NCBI GenBank assembly: GCA_000004985.1 | Contig: GG738915.1 | Length of the DNA stretch: 64,000 nt | Source of the DNA: Naegleria gruberi | Lineage: Eukaryota | Direction: 5' to 3' (one strand) | Shown: positions 1 to 9,787 of the stretch, piece by piece | How positions within the stretch are numbered: the first letter of the stretch is position 1 | How the letters are laid out: every line of letters begins with the position of its first letter | Made by a program: the position numbers and the translations under genes | The notes under the pieces: generated by a model | The model's database searches: none | What the model saw: only the letters and a program-made list of their open reading frames with translations | Told to the model about the DNA's origin: nothing

Positions 1-113
1 GGTTATTGGTGCGATCATAAAAATCGTATGTAGGTGTGCCAGACAGTCCCTGGTTCTCTTAAAGAGGGGATTGCTGTGGGTTAATAAAATTGTTTCTGTG
101 GTCACAATAACAT

Positions 114-2177
114 TTAATTATTATTTGGATGTAGACTGGAATCCAAAAACATACAAGCTACTTCAAATTTAACATCAGTGTATGCACTTGTTTGTTCGCT
201 TTGAACTGTACAATGCAACGTTGCCATGCCAGAAAGGTTGTTAAAGAAATCCTCAGCGCCTATCTCAAATTGTCTTGTACTACTCCTGTACACCCTATCT
301 GTCACCATGTTATCTCTATGTATTAAGAGCTTAATAGGAACATTCTCATGAGTGTCATGGTCCTCAGCAGCTACTTCCAAAGTAAAGGAGCCACCAGTCT
401 GTGGATATATCACTAACGGTTCTGTTGCCCAATTATTGTAATTGTGAGTCACATCCATTGTTCCTGTTGCCACAATGACAAATCTATTCTGGTAGCTCTC
501 ATACTGACATAGTTTTTGTATCGGGAATAATGCATCACCATCTTGTAGATGGAGGTTGCTGGTATTGCAAGAGACCCTTTCATGTATAGCAACATCACCC
601 AGTGAAGTAGTGTTAGCAACTAATGTATTGCTACTTTTTTGCAGAATGTACACCTTAGCACCAGGTAAACAATTTGTTACCAGTACTTCATTAGCCCCTG
701 GTCTAACATATTTTTGCACCTCCGGTAACACACTTATGAATAGGCCATCGTGAGGTAGGTCTAGTATTGTTGCTTCTGTTTCACGATCGGCATTACAACC
801 TGTCTGTTTTACCTTCACTTTTCTCTCGATACCTCTCTGTTTCATGAGTACATGAGAAAGGTGTAGTGTTACATTATCACTATCTACCAATACAGGTAAA
901 TCACAAAGCCCTACAGTATCGTCATCTGAATAGTAAGCTTGCAGAGAGCTAGAGGGATATGCTCCTCTAACGGAAACAAGTTGAGAGCATTCATATAATG
1001 GCTCATAGATTACTAGGGGGCCGACAACACCAGAATTATTGAGATCATGAATTTCGACAGGATCAGCGTATTCACTTTCCTCACCACAAGCTATCTGCTT
1101 GGCAGTCAATCTATCACCTGGTTCGAAAGTTATTCCTTGGAATTCAGGAAGAATTAAAACATCATCACCAGTTTTGCTTGCTATTATCGGAAGACCAATT
1201 TGTACGTATGGATCTCCTCCATTTGGGTTTTTCTTCCACTGTGCAAACTGTACAAAGGCATCTTGTTCAAGATTTCTCAAGAACACCTTACCAATGTCCA
1301 AACACACGCCTGATGGTGCATTAATAATTGGTTTGAGAGGTTTCTCTTGTGGAAGTACCTCTAACTCGAGGGGATCAGAAATCTGCTCACACTCCTCACG
1401 AAACTGCTGCCAAATCTTCAACATAGTTCCCTTCTTCGAATGTGGAATACCACTTGCATGGAATTTTGGACCTGAAGTAATTAAAATTGTATACCACCAG
1501 TTCTTGTTCGTACCACTATAGTTTTCTATACACAATTGTGCTGTAACCCTTGCATTGTTGACATCTAAAGAATCTGTGCATGCATGGACGTCTCCTCCTA
1601 TCTCTAATTTTGGTAACCGACCTCCCCCTGGAATCTTTTCTATCTCAATAGGTGAACTAAACACGCTGGGACTCGTTAATACCCCATTAACAGTCGTGAC
1701 TTGCTGGTAAGCTTCTATTGAGAATGCTGCACTGGGATGATTGGAAACTTCTACATAATCCAATGACCTAACAGCAGGGTTACGTCTGCCAATTTCAGAC
1801 AAGTTTTGACGGATTATTACCTGCGCCCCAGGCTCCATATTATTCAGAATCAACCACTGCATGCAAGTGCTTAGAGGAGAATTAAAGCAAAGAGGTTGAA
1901 GTGTTGTCACTGAACGAACAGTTGCTTCTGCCTCTGGGCTTAAATTTCCATTAACCATTTGAAGCACAATGATAGTTTCTCCAGGAATAAGCACCGTGCC
2001 TTGAGTAAAGGGTACCCATACTATACCATGATTGTCAATGTTATCAACACTACCTATTATAGTTCCATTTCTCATAATGATAACTGAGGCATTTGGTGAG
2101 AGACTTGTAACACAAACATTTGGTGAAATCTCAGTGATTTGGCCGTTAATTAGTGGTGCCTGTGGTTTAACTCCCAT
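114..2177 (-). CDS. hypothetical protein, 687 aa, no recognisable domain
   Basis: Uninterrupted 2064-nt ORF on the minus strand. The ATG at 2175-2177 is preceded, in minus orientation, by an A-rich context. The stop is TAA at 114-116. Codon composition resembles other genes in the window at roughly 43-47% GC. I recognise no family motif. Confidence 0.55.
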   Translation of the reverse strand: MGVKPQAPLINGQITEISPNVCVTSLSPNASVIIMRNGTIIGSVDNIDNHGIVWVPFTQGTVLIPGETIIVLQMVNGNLSPEAEATVRSVTTLQPLCFNSPLSTCMQWLILNNMEPGAQVIIRQNLSEIGRRNPAVRSLDYVEVSNHPSAAFSIEAYQQVTTVNGVLTSPSVFSSPIEIEKIPGGGRLPKLEIGGDVHACTDSLDVNNARVTAQLCIENYSGTNKNWWYTILITSGPKFHASGIPHSKKGTMLKIWQQFREECEQISDPLELEVLPQEKPLKPIINAPSGVCLDIGKVFLRNLEQDAFVQFAQWKKNPNGGDPYVQIGLPIIASKTGDDVLILPEFQGITFEPGDRLTAKQIACGEESEYADPVEIHDLNNSGVVGPLVIYEPLYECSQLVSVRGAYPSSSLQAYYSDDDTVGLCDLPVLVDSDNVTLHLSHVLMKQRGIERKVKVKQTGCNADRETEATILDLPHDGLFISVLPEVQKYVRPGANEVLVTNCLPGAKVYILQKSSNTLVANTTSLGDVAIHERVSCNTSNLHLQDGDALFPIQKLCQYESYQNRFVIVATGTMDVTHNYNNWATEPLVIYPQTGGSFTLEVAAEDHDTHENVPIKLLIHRDNMVTDRVYRSSTRQFEIGAEDFFNNLSGMATLHCTVQSEQTSAYTDVKFEVACMFLDSSLHPNNN

Positions 2178-2810
2178 TATATCTTTTCTACAATTGAAAC
2201 TTCAGTTTTTTTGGTGGATTGGTGGATTGTTTTAGAGATATTTATGTTGACGTTATTTTGCAAAATGTACATTTACTAAACTCAAAACAAATCTAAACCA
2301 GGCAAAACGACATGTATGAAATATGTAAGATGAGTAAATTCCATTTCCAAAGAAAAAATCCATAACTAAAATAGAGCCTGTGATAATAAACTTACTCTTT
2401 TTTGGATTGGTATTTTTCTCTCAAAAAGTTACATGTTCAACTTGGTTCTTGGTTATTACAGCAAATTATTCAGGGGCATTTTCAGCGGTCATACCACCAG
2501 AGCAATTTACTTTTAATTGAGGGATTTATTGAACGAGGAGATGGGAGGATGCTAAATTATTAAAGATGTATTCCATTGACTTGGATATTGCACAAAGTCA
2601 AGGTATTACAGAAGCACAATGGTTACAAACTGCTTTTCAGTTTTAATGTTTAAGTAATTATTCCATAAAGAAAATGAATCCAAATCATTGCCTTACAAAG
2701 GAGCAAGTGGATTATTTATTATCAATGAGTTTTAGGGATTCTCTAAAAAATGAAAAGGCAAAGGAAACCAAACAAAGAAACGGTCACAAAGAACAAACAC
2801 CAAAGAAAGA

Positions 2811-3134
2811 TTGAATTGGAAAACAATTGATTCTAGTTCTCAATTTCTAAACTCCGATTATGAATCACACAATTTATGTGAGGGAAAATATCTTCTCCGA
2901 TTCCCAAATATTTCCTGTGATGATTTTCAGAATATTTGCTCCACCATTTATCAAGAGAATGGAGGTGGATTGAATAGGAGGAAATATAAGGTGATGGCTT
3001 ATCCGGATCGGATGCATTCACTTCCGAGTGGTTGGTATAGACATTTGTGTAGGAAATGTATTGTTTTGACGAATGAGAGTCATTATGATGATGAAGAGTA
3101 TTGTGCTGGAAATGATTTTTCCAATGGATATTAA
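2811..3134 (+). CDS. possible small Cys-containing protein, about 107 aa
   Basis: ORF with GC content above the surrounding intergenic DNA. It has no ATG at its 5' end and begins at TTG. An upstream ATG at 2750 with an A-run context is in another frame, so the exon structure is unresolved. Confidence 0.2.
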   Translation: MNWKTIDSSSQFLNSDYESHNLCEGKYLLRFPNISCDDFQNICSTIYQENGGGLNRRKYKVMAYPDRMHSLPSGWYRHLCRKCIVLTNESHYDDEEYCAGNDFSNGY

Positions 3135-3236
3135 ATTTATGATTTATATTTAAATAAATTATAATATATTTATTTTGTAATAGTTTTAAATAGGTTTAAT
3201 ATTGCTTTTCGGAAATTTGGAAATATTTAAAAAAAA

Positions 3237-4304
3237 ATGGAGCAACTTAAACAAACTCTCACAAAGATTTGGCAAGAGCCTATTCTTGTTGGTCATCAAT
3301 ATTTACCACCCAAAATTTATGATCTCCTATGGAATATTACAGAGGGAATATTAACTGCGCTATTATATCCGATTTGCATCGTAGTGGGAGTTGTCAGCTT
3401 TTTATATTATAATTTGATAAAGAAGGGAGGAAAGGATTTATTCAAATCATCAGAGGAATATAATTATGAAAAGATTTTAATTGTTGGAAGTAGTAGTGGA
3501 ATTGGTAGAAGTTTGGCTCTTGAAATTTCAAGCAAATTCGCCACTAGAAAGAATCAAAAGAGTTTGACCTTGACATTGGTTGGAAGAAATTTGGCTGCTA
3601 ATGAAAAGTTAAAAGAAGAATGTAGTGCTATTATTAAAGAAAGTCATCCTGTTGAAGATTTTGAAATTAATGTTAGACAAGCTGATGTGACAAACGCTGA
3701 GAGAATGAAGGAAATTGTTAATGAAATGGATTATGATTGTATCATTGCTAATGCTGGTGTTACAATCTTTGTCATGATGGGAGATAAGAAACCATCTGAG
3801 TTCACAACATTGGAAAAGATTCAAATGGAATTCAAATGTTGGGAAACTAATCTTACTGGTTGCACTAATACTGCCTTCCCAGCCATTGAAAGATTGATTC
3901 AAGATGCTGACAATGGAAACAAGAAGAGAAGACATGTTATTTTAACATCTTCTGGAACAGCATACTTCCCAGAAATGGGTCTCTATCCAACAGCTAAATC
4001 TGCTCTTATTGGAATTGCTAGAAATCTCAGAGCCAAGTTGGAATCCTCTCCTAAATATTCAAATCTTAGAGTTTCAGTTCTAGTGCCAGGATGGGTCCAT
4101 TCAAGTATGTCAAAGGCTTTCCCAGCTAAGGAAATGCAACTTGGAATGATTTCTTCAGAGTTGGCTGCCAAGTTGACTTGGAGTGGAATTGAACGTGATT
4201 TTGAAATTATTGATATTAGTGGAGTTTGGGGATTGATCATGCGTGTTTTCCTCAAATTCCCATTCAATCTTAGTTCATCACTTGTGGCTTTACTCGATAG
4301 ATAA
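3237..4304 (+). CDS. short-chain dehydrogenase/reductase (SDR) family oxidoreductase with an N-terminal TM helix
   Basis: Carries the Rossmann dinucleotide motif VGSSSGIGRSLA (TGxxxGxG type), the NAG motif IIANAGV, and the catalytic YxxxK motif YPTAKSAL. The ATG follows an aaaaaaaa run. An N-terminal hydrophobic segment, ILTALLYPICIVVGVVSFLYY, is present. Confidence 0.8.
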   Translation: MEQLKQTLTKIWQEPILVGHQYLPPKIYDLLWNITEGILTALLYPICIVVGVVSFLYYNLIKKGGKDLFKSSEEYNYEKILIVGSSSGIGRSLALEISSKFATRKNQKSLTLTLVGRNLAANEKLKEECSAIIKESHPVEDFEINVRQADVTNAERMKEIVNEMDYDCIIANAGVTIFVMMGDKKPSEFTTLEKIQMEFKCWETNLTGCTNTAFPAIERLIQDADNGNKKRRHVILTSSGTAYFPEMGLYPTAKSALIGIARNLRAKLESSPKYSNLRVSVLVPGWVHSSMSKAFPAKEMQLGMISSELAAKLTWSGIERDFEIIDISGVWGLIMRVFLKFPFNLSSSLVALLDR

Positions 4305-4480
4305 ACATCGTATTAAAGTAGCTTTTGTAAGTTTTCTTGATTCATGTTCAACAAATAATTTAACCATTCAACAATACAATTCCTCTTAACATCTCACGTT
4401 TCAGATCTTTAAATAGATATTTGAAACTGCTCACGAACTTTAACAAAAAAAAATATTTAACTTGATAACTTGATCAGAGA

Positions 4481-6592
4481 ATGGTTAAGACTTCAATTGG
4501 AAGAGAAAAACAAAAGGCATCCATTGTTAATATTGCCACAAGAAGATTACTCAAGGATTTGAAGGAAATTAATGAAAATCCACTGCCTGATATTGTGGCA
4601 GCTCCCGTAGATGCAGAGAAAAATCTATTTGAATGGAGAGCCAATTTAAAGGGATTTGGGTCTTATGAAGGAGGAATATTTCACATTAGGCTAACCTTTC
4701 CAACTGACTACCCAATCAAACCACCAACTGTTGAATTGTGTACACCAATTGATCATCCAAATATCATTGGCAAATCAATATGTTTAGACATGTTGGGAGA
4801 TGCATGGTCAACAGCTTACTCTGTGCAATCAATTTTACTCCAATTACAATCCATATTATTGGATGACGAGAGAGTGGATGAGATGGCAACTATTAACCCA
4901 AAGCAATACAAGCAAAAAAAGAAGGAAATAGTTGACGCTTGTAAGTGGGCAGTTGAGCAATCTTTGAGATTTTCAGACCCTTCTGTTGGCCATTTTCCTC
5001 CTGCAAAGCCGTTCCCAAAGTTTCAAACAGCACAGGCAAAAGTTATTGATTTGAATGAGTTTACCAAATCTGAGCTTGTTTGCTATTTCTCCAGAAGTTC
5101 CTATGAGGAAGATGTGCTTGGTTATGGTATCACCTTTACAAAGAATATTAGAACTGGAAGAATTAATTTGATCCAATCAACTCTTGAGTTGTTATCTTTG
5201 AGATCATTTATGAATTATTCCATTAGAAAAACATCGAATGGTGATGAATTTACTCATTGGATGCCTATTTTCGTTGAGCCAAACCATGGTAAAAAGGCAA
5301 TGCACTTGGCTAAACGTTCAATTTCAATGATTTGCACAGGTAATGCAAAGAATTTCAAACCTGAACAAGTTATGGAAGTATTTCCAAAGATTCTGACAAC
5401 TATTTCTGTTGACATTATGACTACACAGAAGAAGCATGGTTCTATCAGAGCATTGAAGATCTATTGTCATTACTATAGAACATTTTTGGAGTTTGTGAAG
5501 GAATATCCAGAATTATTGGTAACAATTAATAATAATGTTAAGAGATTTATTGATTCTGAGGATAACAGACACAAAGACGTGACTCCAAATTTAGGAGAAC
5601 TATTGGCAATCCTTCCATTGAGTGATTACTCTTGGAAGGACATTTCAAGTGCATACATTGAGGAGTCGTTTACTAGAAATGTATTTTGGCTTCTTAATAG
5701 ATATAAAGAATTAGAAATGGAAAATTGCAAAGAATTCGATGACATGGATCGTCTCAAATATTCATTTGAAACAAGTAAGGCCAGTCAGAAATTGTTAATG
5801 TTGAACATATTCATTTTAGAAAACATTGCAAGACCTGAAAGAACTGAAATTGAAGAAATCAGAAATGAGTTTGATAATAGACTTGGTAGATTGAATCCAA
5901 CAGATGAAGATTCCTGTTTAGAAACATTGAAAAAAATTAACTGTGTCAAAAACTACTTGGAATTCTTTGAGTTTGTTGGAATGAGTCAGGTCAAGGAAGA
6001 TCAAATTGTTGAACTATTGAAGCAATCTATCAAGAAGAGTAAGACTAAGGGATACCATGGATCTACTATCTATGTTATGAGTCCTGAAGAGTTCCAAAGA
6101 CACACTAAGAAATTGGACGAATATCTAATTAATGATGGACAAGGAAATTACATACTCGAAACCAATGAAGAGAAGTGGAAAACAGGCTGTATACAAAGAT
6201 GGGGTACGGTTAAATATCCTGACTATTTGGAAAACCTCTCAAATCCTTGGCGAAAACTCTACTTGCAGTACAATTTACAAGACTTGATTTCTTCATTGAA
6301 TGAATCTTGTGATTTCAAGTATCTCCATCATGTTTTGGAACTTTGTGTTGAGATTCCAAGATTGGAAATTGTCATGTTTAATCCAGAAAAGTTGAAGAGC
6401 AAATACTACTTCCTCACGCTTGTATTGACTAAACTTGTGAATTTGGACACCTTAACAATTTCAAGAGGTGAAACTGGTTTGGGAACATCAGGTTTCCGTG
6501 CTCTTATTAAAGGGCTTTCTAATAATCAAGCCAAATTAGAGAATTTGATTTTAGACAGTTGTGATATTACAGCTAGTTGTGTTGAGAATTAA
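4481..6592 (+). CDS. ubiquitin-conjugating enzyme E2 (UBC fold) with a long C-terminal extension ending in RNI-type leucine-rich repeats
   Basis: The N-terminus reads RRLLKDLKEI...FEWRANLKG...YEGGIFHIRLTFPTDYPIKPPTVELCTPIDHPNIIGKSICLDMLGDAWS, which contains the HPN motif and the catalytic Cys of E2 enzymes. The C-terminus, LDTLTISRGETGLGTSGFRALIKGLSNNQAKLENLILDSCDIT, is an RNI-like LRR. It probably continues into the next ORF; see findings. Confidence 0.7.
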   Translation: MVKTSIGREKQKASIVNIATRRLLKDLKEINENPLPDIVAAPVDAEKNLFEWRANLKGFGSYEGGIFHIRLTFPTDYPIKPPTVELCTPIDHPNIIGKSICLDMLGDAWSTAYSVQSILLQLQSILLDDERVDEMATINPKQYKQKKKEIVDACKWAVEQSLRFSDPSVGHFPPAKPFPKFQTAQAKVIDLNEFTKSELVCYFSRSSYEEDVLGYGITFTKNIRTGRINLIQSTLELLSLRSFMNYSIRKTSNGDEFTHWMPIFVEPNHGKKAMHLAKRSISMICTGNAKNFKPEQVMEVFPKILTTISVDIMTTQKKHGSIRALKIYCHYYRTFLEFVKEYPELLVTINNNVKRFIDSEDNRHKDVTPNLGELLAILPLSDYSWKDISSAYIEESFTRNVFWLLNRYKELEMENCKEFDDMDRLKYSFETSKASQKLLMLNIFILENIARPERTEIEEIRNEFDNRLGRLNPTDEDSCLETLKKINCVKNYLEFFEFVGMSQVKEDQIVELLKQSIKKSKTKGYHGSTIYVMSPEEFQRHTKKLDEYLINDGQGNYILETNEEKWKTGCIQRWGTVKYPDYLENLSNPWRKLYLQYNLQDLISSLNESCDFKYLHHVLELCVEIPRLEIVMFNPEKLKSKYYFLTLVLTKLVNLDTLTISRGETGLGTSGFRALIKGLSNNQAKLENLILDSCDITASCVEN

Positions 6593-6618
6593 CAAAAGGA
6601 TCTCTGAGCTCTTGTAAC

Positions 6619-8418
6619 TTGAAACGTATTGCTCTATGTGGAAATCCACTGGGAGATCAAGGAGCCAATTACCTGTCCAAATTCCTAATGAGACATGAAA
6701 ATGTTCCCCATCTACGTGAGTTGGATCTTTCTCGCTGTGGAATTAGACAAAATGGAGCTGAATGTATTGCTGAAGCTTTGCTAGTAAAGAGGGAAATTAC
6801 ATCCTTCAAATTTATTGGAAATCCATCAGAGCAAGGACTGTATACCATATTGAAACACTTGGGATACTCCTCATGTATTGCGGAGATTGATTTCAGTATG
6901 ACTAGTTCTATTGTAGCCAATGGTAATTCTGAAAGTATGGTCAAACTGTTGGATCTTTCCACAACTCTCAAGAAGATTAACTTGTGGAAAGCTAATGGAT
7001 TCCACATTCTCACCCAAGAAGTATTCAACAGAATTGGTAAATCAAAGAGTTTGAAAGATATTGATATGGCCGAAACAAAATTCAAAGATATTTCACTATT
7101 TGCTTTCGCTTTGAAAGATAACTACGTATTGGAAACTTTGAATCTATCAAATAATGATATCAAACTCTCTGAGGTGTATCAATTATATTGTAGATTACTT
7201 TTGTTACACTTTGAGAATGCTAACAAAACGAGAGAATTCTTGGATGGACCTAATGCTGCTGTCCCACCAAAGCTTGTCCATTTACAAAAGCTAACTCTAT
7301 CTAAGAATAATTTAACTAATCTATTACAGTCAAATATCAAAGAGGCAATTAGTATTGGTCAAATAATGAAAATGTGTACAAATTTGAATTATTTGGATTT
7401 ATCGGGATGTAAAATTGACAAAACTCATATGGAAGGAATTGCAGCAGCTTTGGATCCTAAATTCAACCTTCCTCTCAAAACTCTCAAATTGAATAATAAT
7501 GAGATTGGCAAAACAGGTTTGAGACCACTTGCCTCTATAATGAAACTCAATACTACCATTGAAGATTTGGACCTCTCTGGTAATGATTTGGGAGTTACAG
7601 GAAGTGTTTCATTAGCTGAAATCATTACAAATAACTCTTCCATCAAGAAATTGAACATATTCTCATGTTTTGTTCAAATTGAAGGAATTGACATTATTTC
7701 CAAAGCATTACAACAAAACACATCAATCACAGATTTGGATATTGGTTTGAATTCAGCCAAAGAAAGAGGAGCTCTTTCAATTATTGAAATGCTCAAACAA
7801 AATACCACTCTTAAGAGGCTTGGACTCAAATTGAATCATTTAAGTGACAAGACATGTACACAAATTGCCAATATCATTGCTATTGAAAATCCTAAATCCG
7901 CAATTCAATATTTAGCTCTTTCTGGTAATTCTCTTTCAATTTCAACAAGTTCCAATATTTCCATAGTTCTAAACTCTGTAAAGGATAGAGTAATTGAGTT
8001 TGATCTTACCAAATTGGTTGAAGTGAAAGATACAGAAAAACAAAATAGAACTATTTATCTTTCACCACTTCCAAACTCAATTACAATTCAAGATATCAAG
8101 AAATTCTTCTATCAACACAAATGTGGAGCTATATTGAATGTCTACATTCACAAACATAAGACTCCCAATAAGAAGACCAGACTCAACAAGTATGCCTTTG
8201 TAGAGTTTGCTCATCCAGACTCACTTCAATTGGCCATACGTTTGAGATATTCTAATAGACCAGAAAAGAAATCTCCAAATGTTGTAAAGCTTTTGAAGAG
8301 AATTCGTGGAAATGATGGTAAGAAAACTAAAGCAAAATGGTATGAATCCAAGCTCATCATCACCAAATCAGGCAATCAACTTCACAATGAAAGAGCCAAA
8401 AAGAAAATCAAACATTAA
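6619..8418 (+). CDS. RNI-type LRR protein with a C-terminal RRM, probably the 3' part of the same gene as 4481-6592
   Basis: Repeated LRR units of RNI/NLRC type, for example LDLSRCGIRQNGAECIAEAL and LDLSGNDLGVTGSVSLAEII. The C-terminal region, TIYLSPLPNSITIQDIKKFFYQHKCGAILNVYIH...KYAFVEFAHPDSLQLAI, contains an RNP-1-like KYAFVEF motif, so I call it an RRM. The ORF begins at TTG rather than ATG, and the same frame stays open back to 6586. Together these argue for continuity with the upstream ORF. Confidence 0.6.
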   Translation: MKRIALCGNPLGDQGANYLSKFLMRHENVPHLRELDLSRCGIRQNGAECIAEALLVKREITSFKFIGNPSEQGLYTILKHLGYSSCIAEIDFSMTSSIVANGNSESMVKLLDLSTTLKKINLWKANGFHILTQEVFNRIGKSKSLKDIDMAETKFKDISLFAFALKDNYVLETLNLSNNDIKLSEVYQLYCRLLLLHFENANKTREFLDGPNAAVPPKLVHLQKLTLSKNNLTNLLQSNIKEAISIGQIMKMCTNLNYLDLSGCKIDKTHMEGIAAALDPKFNLPLKTLKLNNNEIGKTGLRPLASIMKLNTTIEDLDLSGNDLGVTGSVSLAEIITNNSSIKKLNIFSCFVQIEGIDIISKALQQNTSITDLDIGLNSAKERGALSIIEMLKQNTTLKRLGLKLNHLSDKTCTQIANIIAIENPKSAIQYLALSGNSLSISTSSNISIVLNSVKDRVIEFDLTKLVEVKDTEKQNRTIYLSPLPNSITIQDIKKFFYQHKCGAILNVYIHKHKTPNKKTRLNKYAFVEFAHPDSLQLAIRLRYSNRPEKKSPNVVKLLKRIRGNDGKKTKAKWYESKLIITKSGNQLHNERAKKKIKH

Positions 8419-8732
8419 TCTGTTTTAATCACCAAATTCCCAAATTTCACTAGTAGAATTCTTGACATTGAATCATTTTTTGAATGTATTTTTACTAAGG
8501 TTTTGTGAAATTTATTTTCAATACTTCAGAAAAGGTCGAAATGATAAGGTAAAGATAGTCCTCTAACTAGCTTACTTTAAAATTAGTAAAACTCCTACAC
8601 CCGTCAAAAGTCCTACCCGCTGCATTTAAGGATCCAACAAGTGCGGGCTATTTTAATCATCATTGATGCAACTTGATGTAATATGAGTGGCATCAAGTAT
8701 TTTCAAACAAAACACAACAAAACACATAAAAA

Positions 8733-9737
8733 ATGGCAGGAGGAGGTTCAACCTACAAATCGACAGAACCAATCGGAACTGGTAGAATATTCTTTTATTG
8801 CATTGTTTGGCTGATATTGGTGATTGGTCTATCGTTTATGAATAAAGCAGTATTTAAATGGACAGAATTCAAGTATCCAGTGCTGCTGTCGACTGTACAT
8901 ATGATTATAAATTGGTTGATGGGAAGTTTTGTGTGGGGAAGGATGAATGGAAAGATAAAGGAGGAAGAGGAAAAGAAGGGTCATGATTTGAGACATTTAA
9001 TAATGTACTTCTCATTGTTATTTGTATTGAATATTGCTTTCGGAAATATGAGTGTCAAGGCAGTGAATTTATTGTTGAGTCAAGTTTTCAGATCTTCAAT
9101 GCCAATATTTATAATGATTTGTTCGGTTGTGTTGGGTGTTGGAAGTAGACCTAGTACACGCGTTATTCTCACTGTTTTACCAATTATTATTGGAGTTTAT
9201 TTGACTTGTAAGAAAGATGACAGTAAGGTTAGCTCAAATACTGAAGAAGATTTATTGAATATCAAATCATTGGCTATTTTATTAATTGGAAACATTATGT
9301 GTGCTCTCAAAACTACTCTTACCAATAAGTATCTCAATCAGTACAAGTTCCATCCAATTTATTTATTGAGTAAGCTTTCAATGTGGAGCTCTTTTGGAAT
9401 GTTTGCTTTTGCTGCAGTGACTGGAGAAGTTTCAGACCTTTTCAACAATAATTTACATGTTTTATATAATGTCAAGACAGTTGGATTTGTCATTTCTACA
9501 GGATTTGTTGCATTCCTATTGAACTATTTCAATTTCCTTGCCAATTCCTCTACAAGTCCACTCACAATGGGAATTTGTGGATTGTTACATCAAGTGCTGA
9601 CAGTCTACCTTTCTACCATTGTTTTTGATACATCTTTGAATCAAACTAATGTGATTGGTATTTGTCTTGCAATGATTGGCAGTGCTCTCTATACTTTTGT
9701 AAAGTATTTAGAAGCTCAAAAAGTAAAATCAAACTAA
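8733..9737 (+). CDS. SLC35/triose-phosphate-translocator-like nucleotide-sugar or sugar-phosphate transporter (DMT superfamily)
   Basis: About 334 aa with roughly 9-10 predicted TM helices. The N-terminal motif FMNKAVF..FKYPVLLSTVHM is typical of the TPT/SLC35 family (FP.P..LT..H). The ATG follows aaaaaATG. Confidence 0.55.
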   Translation: MAGGGSTYKSTEPIGTGRIFFYCIVWLILVIGLSFMNKAVFKWTEFKYPVLLSTVHMIINWLMGSFVWGRMNGKIKEEEEKKGHDLRHLIMYFSLLFVLNIAFGNMSVKAVNLLLSQVFRSSMPIFIMICSVVLGVGSRPSTRVILTVLPIIIGVYLTCKKDDSKVSSNTEEDLLNIKSLAILLIGNIMCALKTTLTNKYLNQYKFHPIYLLSKLSMWSSFGMFAFAAVTGEVSDLFNNNLHVLYNVKTVGFVISTGFVAFLLNYFNFLANSSTSPLTMGICGLLHQVLTVYLSTIVFDTSLNQTNVIGICLAMIGSALYTFVKYLEAQKVKSN

Positions 9738-9787
9738 TTTCTAACAACAACTTTCGTATTGAACTTTCCAATAAATTATATTAAAAA

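Noticed and set aside
114-2177. The first gene looked like a compositional outlier, which would suggest horizontal transfer.
   Set aside because: Spot GC counts of 42-47% are matched by other host genes in the window. PIP5K is about 42% and the LRR gene is about 40% in places. There is no real compositional contrast and no recognisable bacterial family.
6669-7085. Antisense and overlapping ORFs of 60-140 aa, for example 6669-7085(-), 3609-3935(-), 14866-15505(-), 27651-27863(+), 33001-33575(-), 556-753(+) and 1099-1521(+).
   Set aside because: All lie entirely inside better-supported genes on the opposite strand or in another frame. They have biased or low-complexity composition and lack start contexts. 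They are typical shadow ORFs.
8560-8700. A short GC-stem hairpin (cccgc...gcggg) and the inverted pair acttgatg...catcaagt in the spacer before the SLC35-like gene, considered as a small RNA or tRNA.
   Set aside because: There is no tRNA-like cloverleaf and no conserved box motifs. The stems are too short to distinguish from chance.
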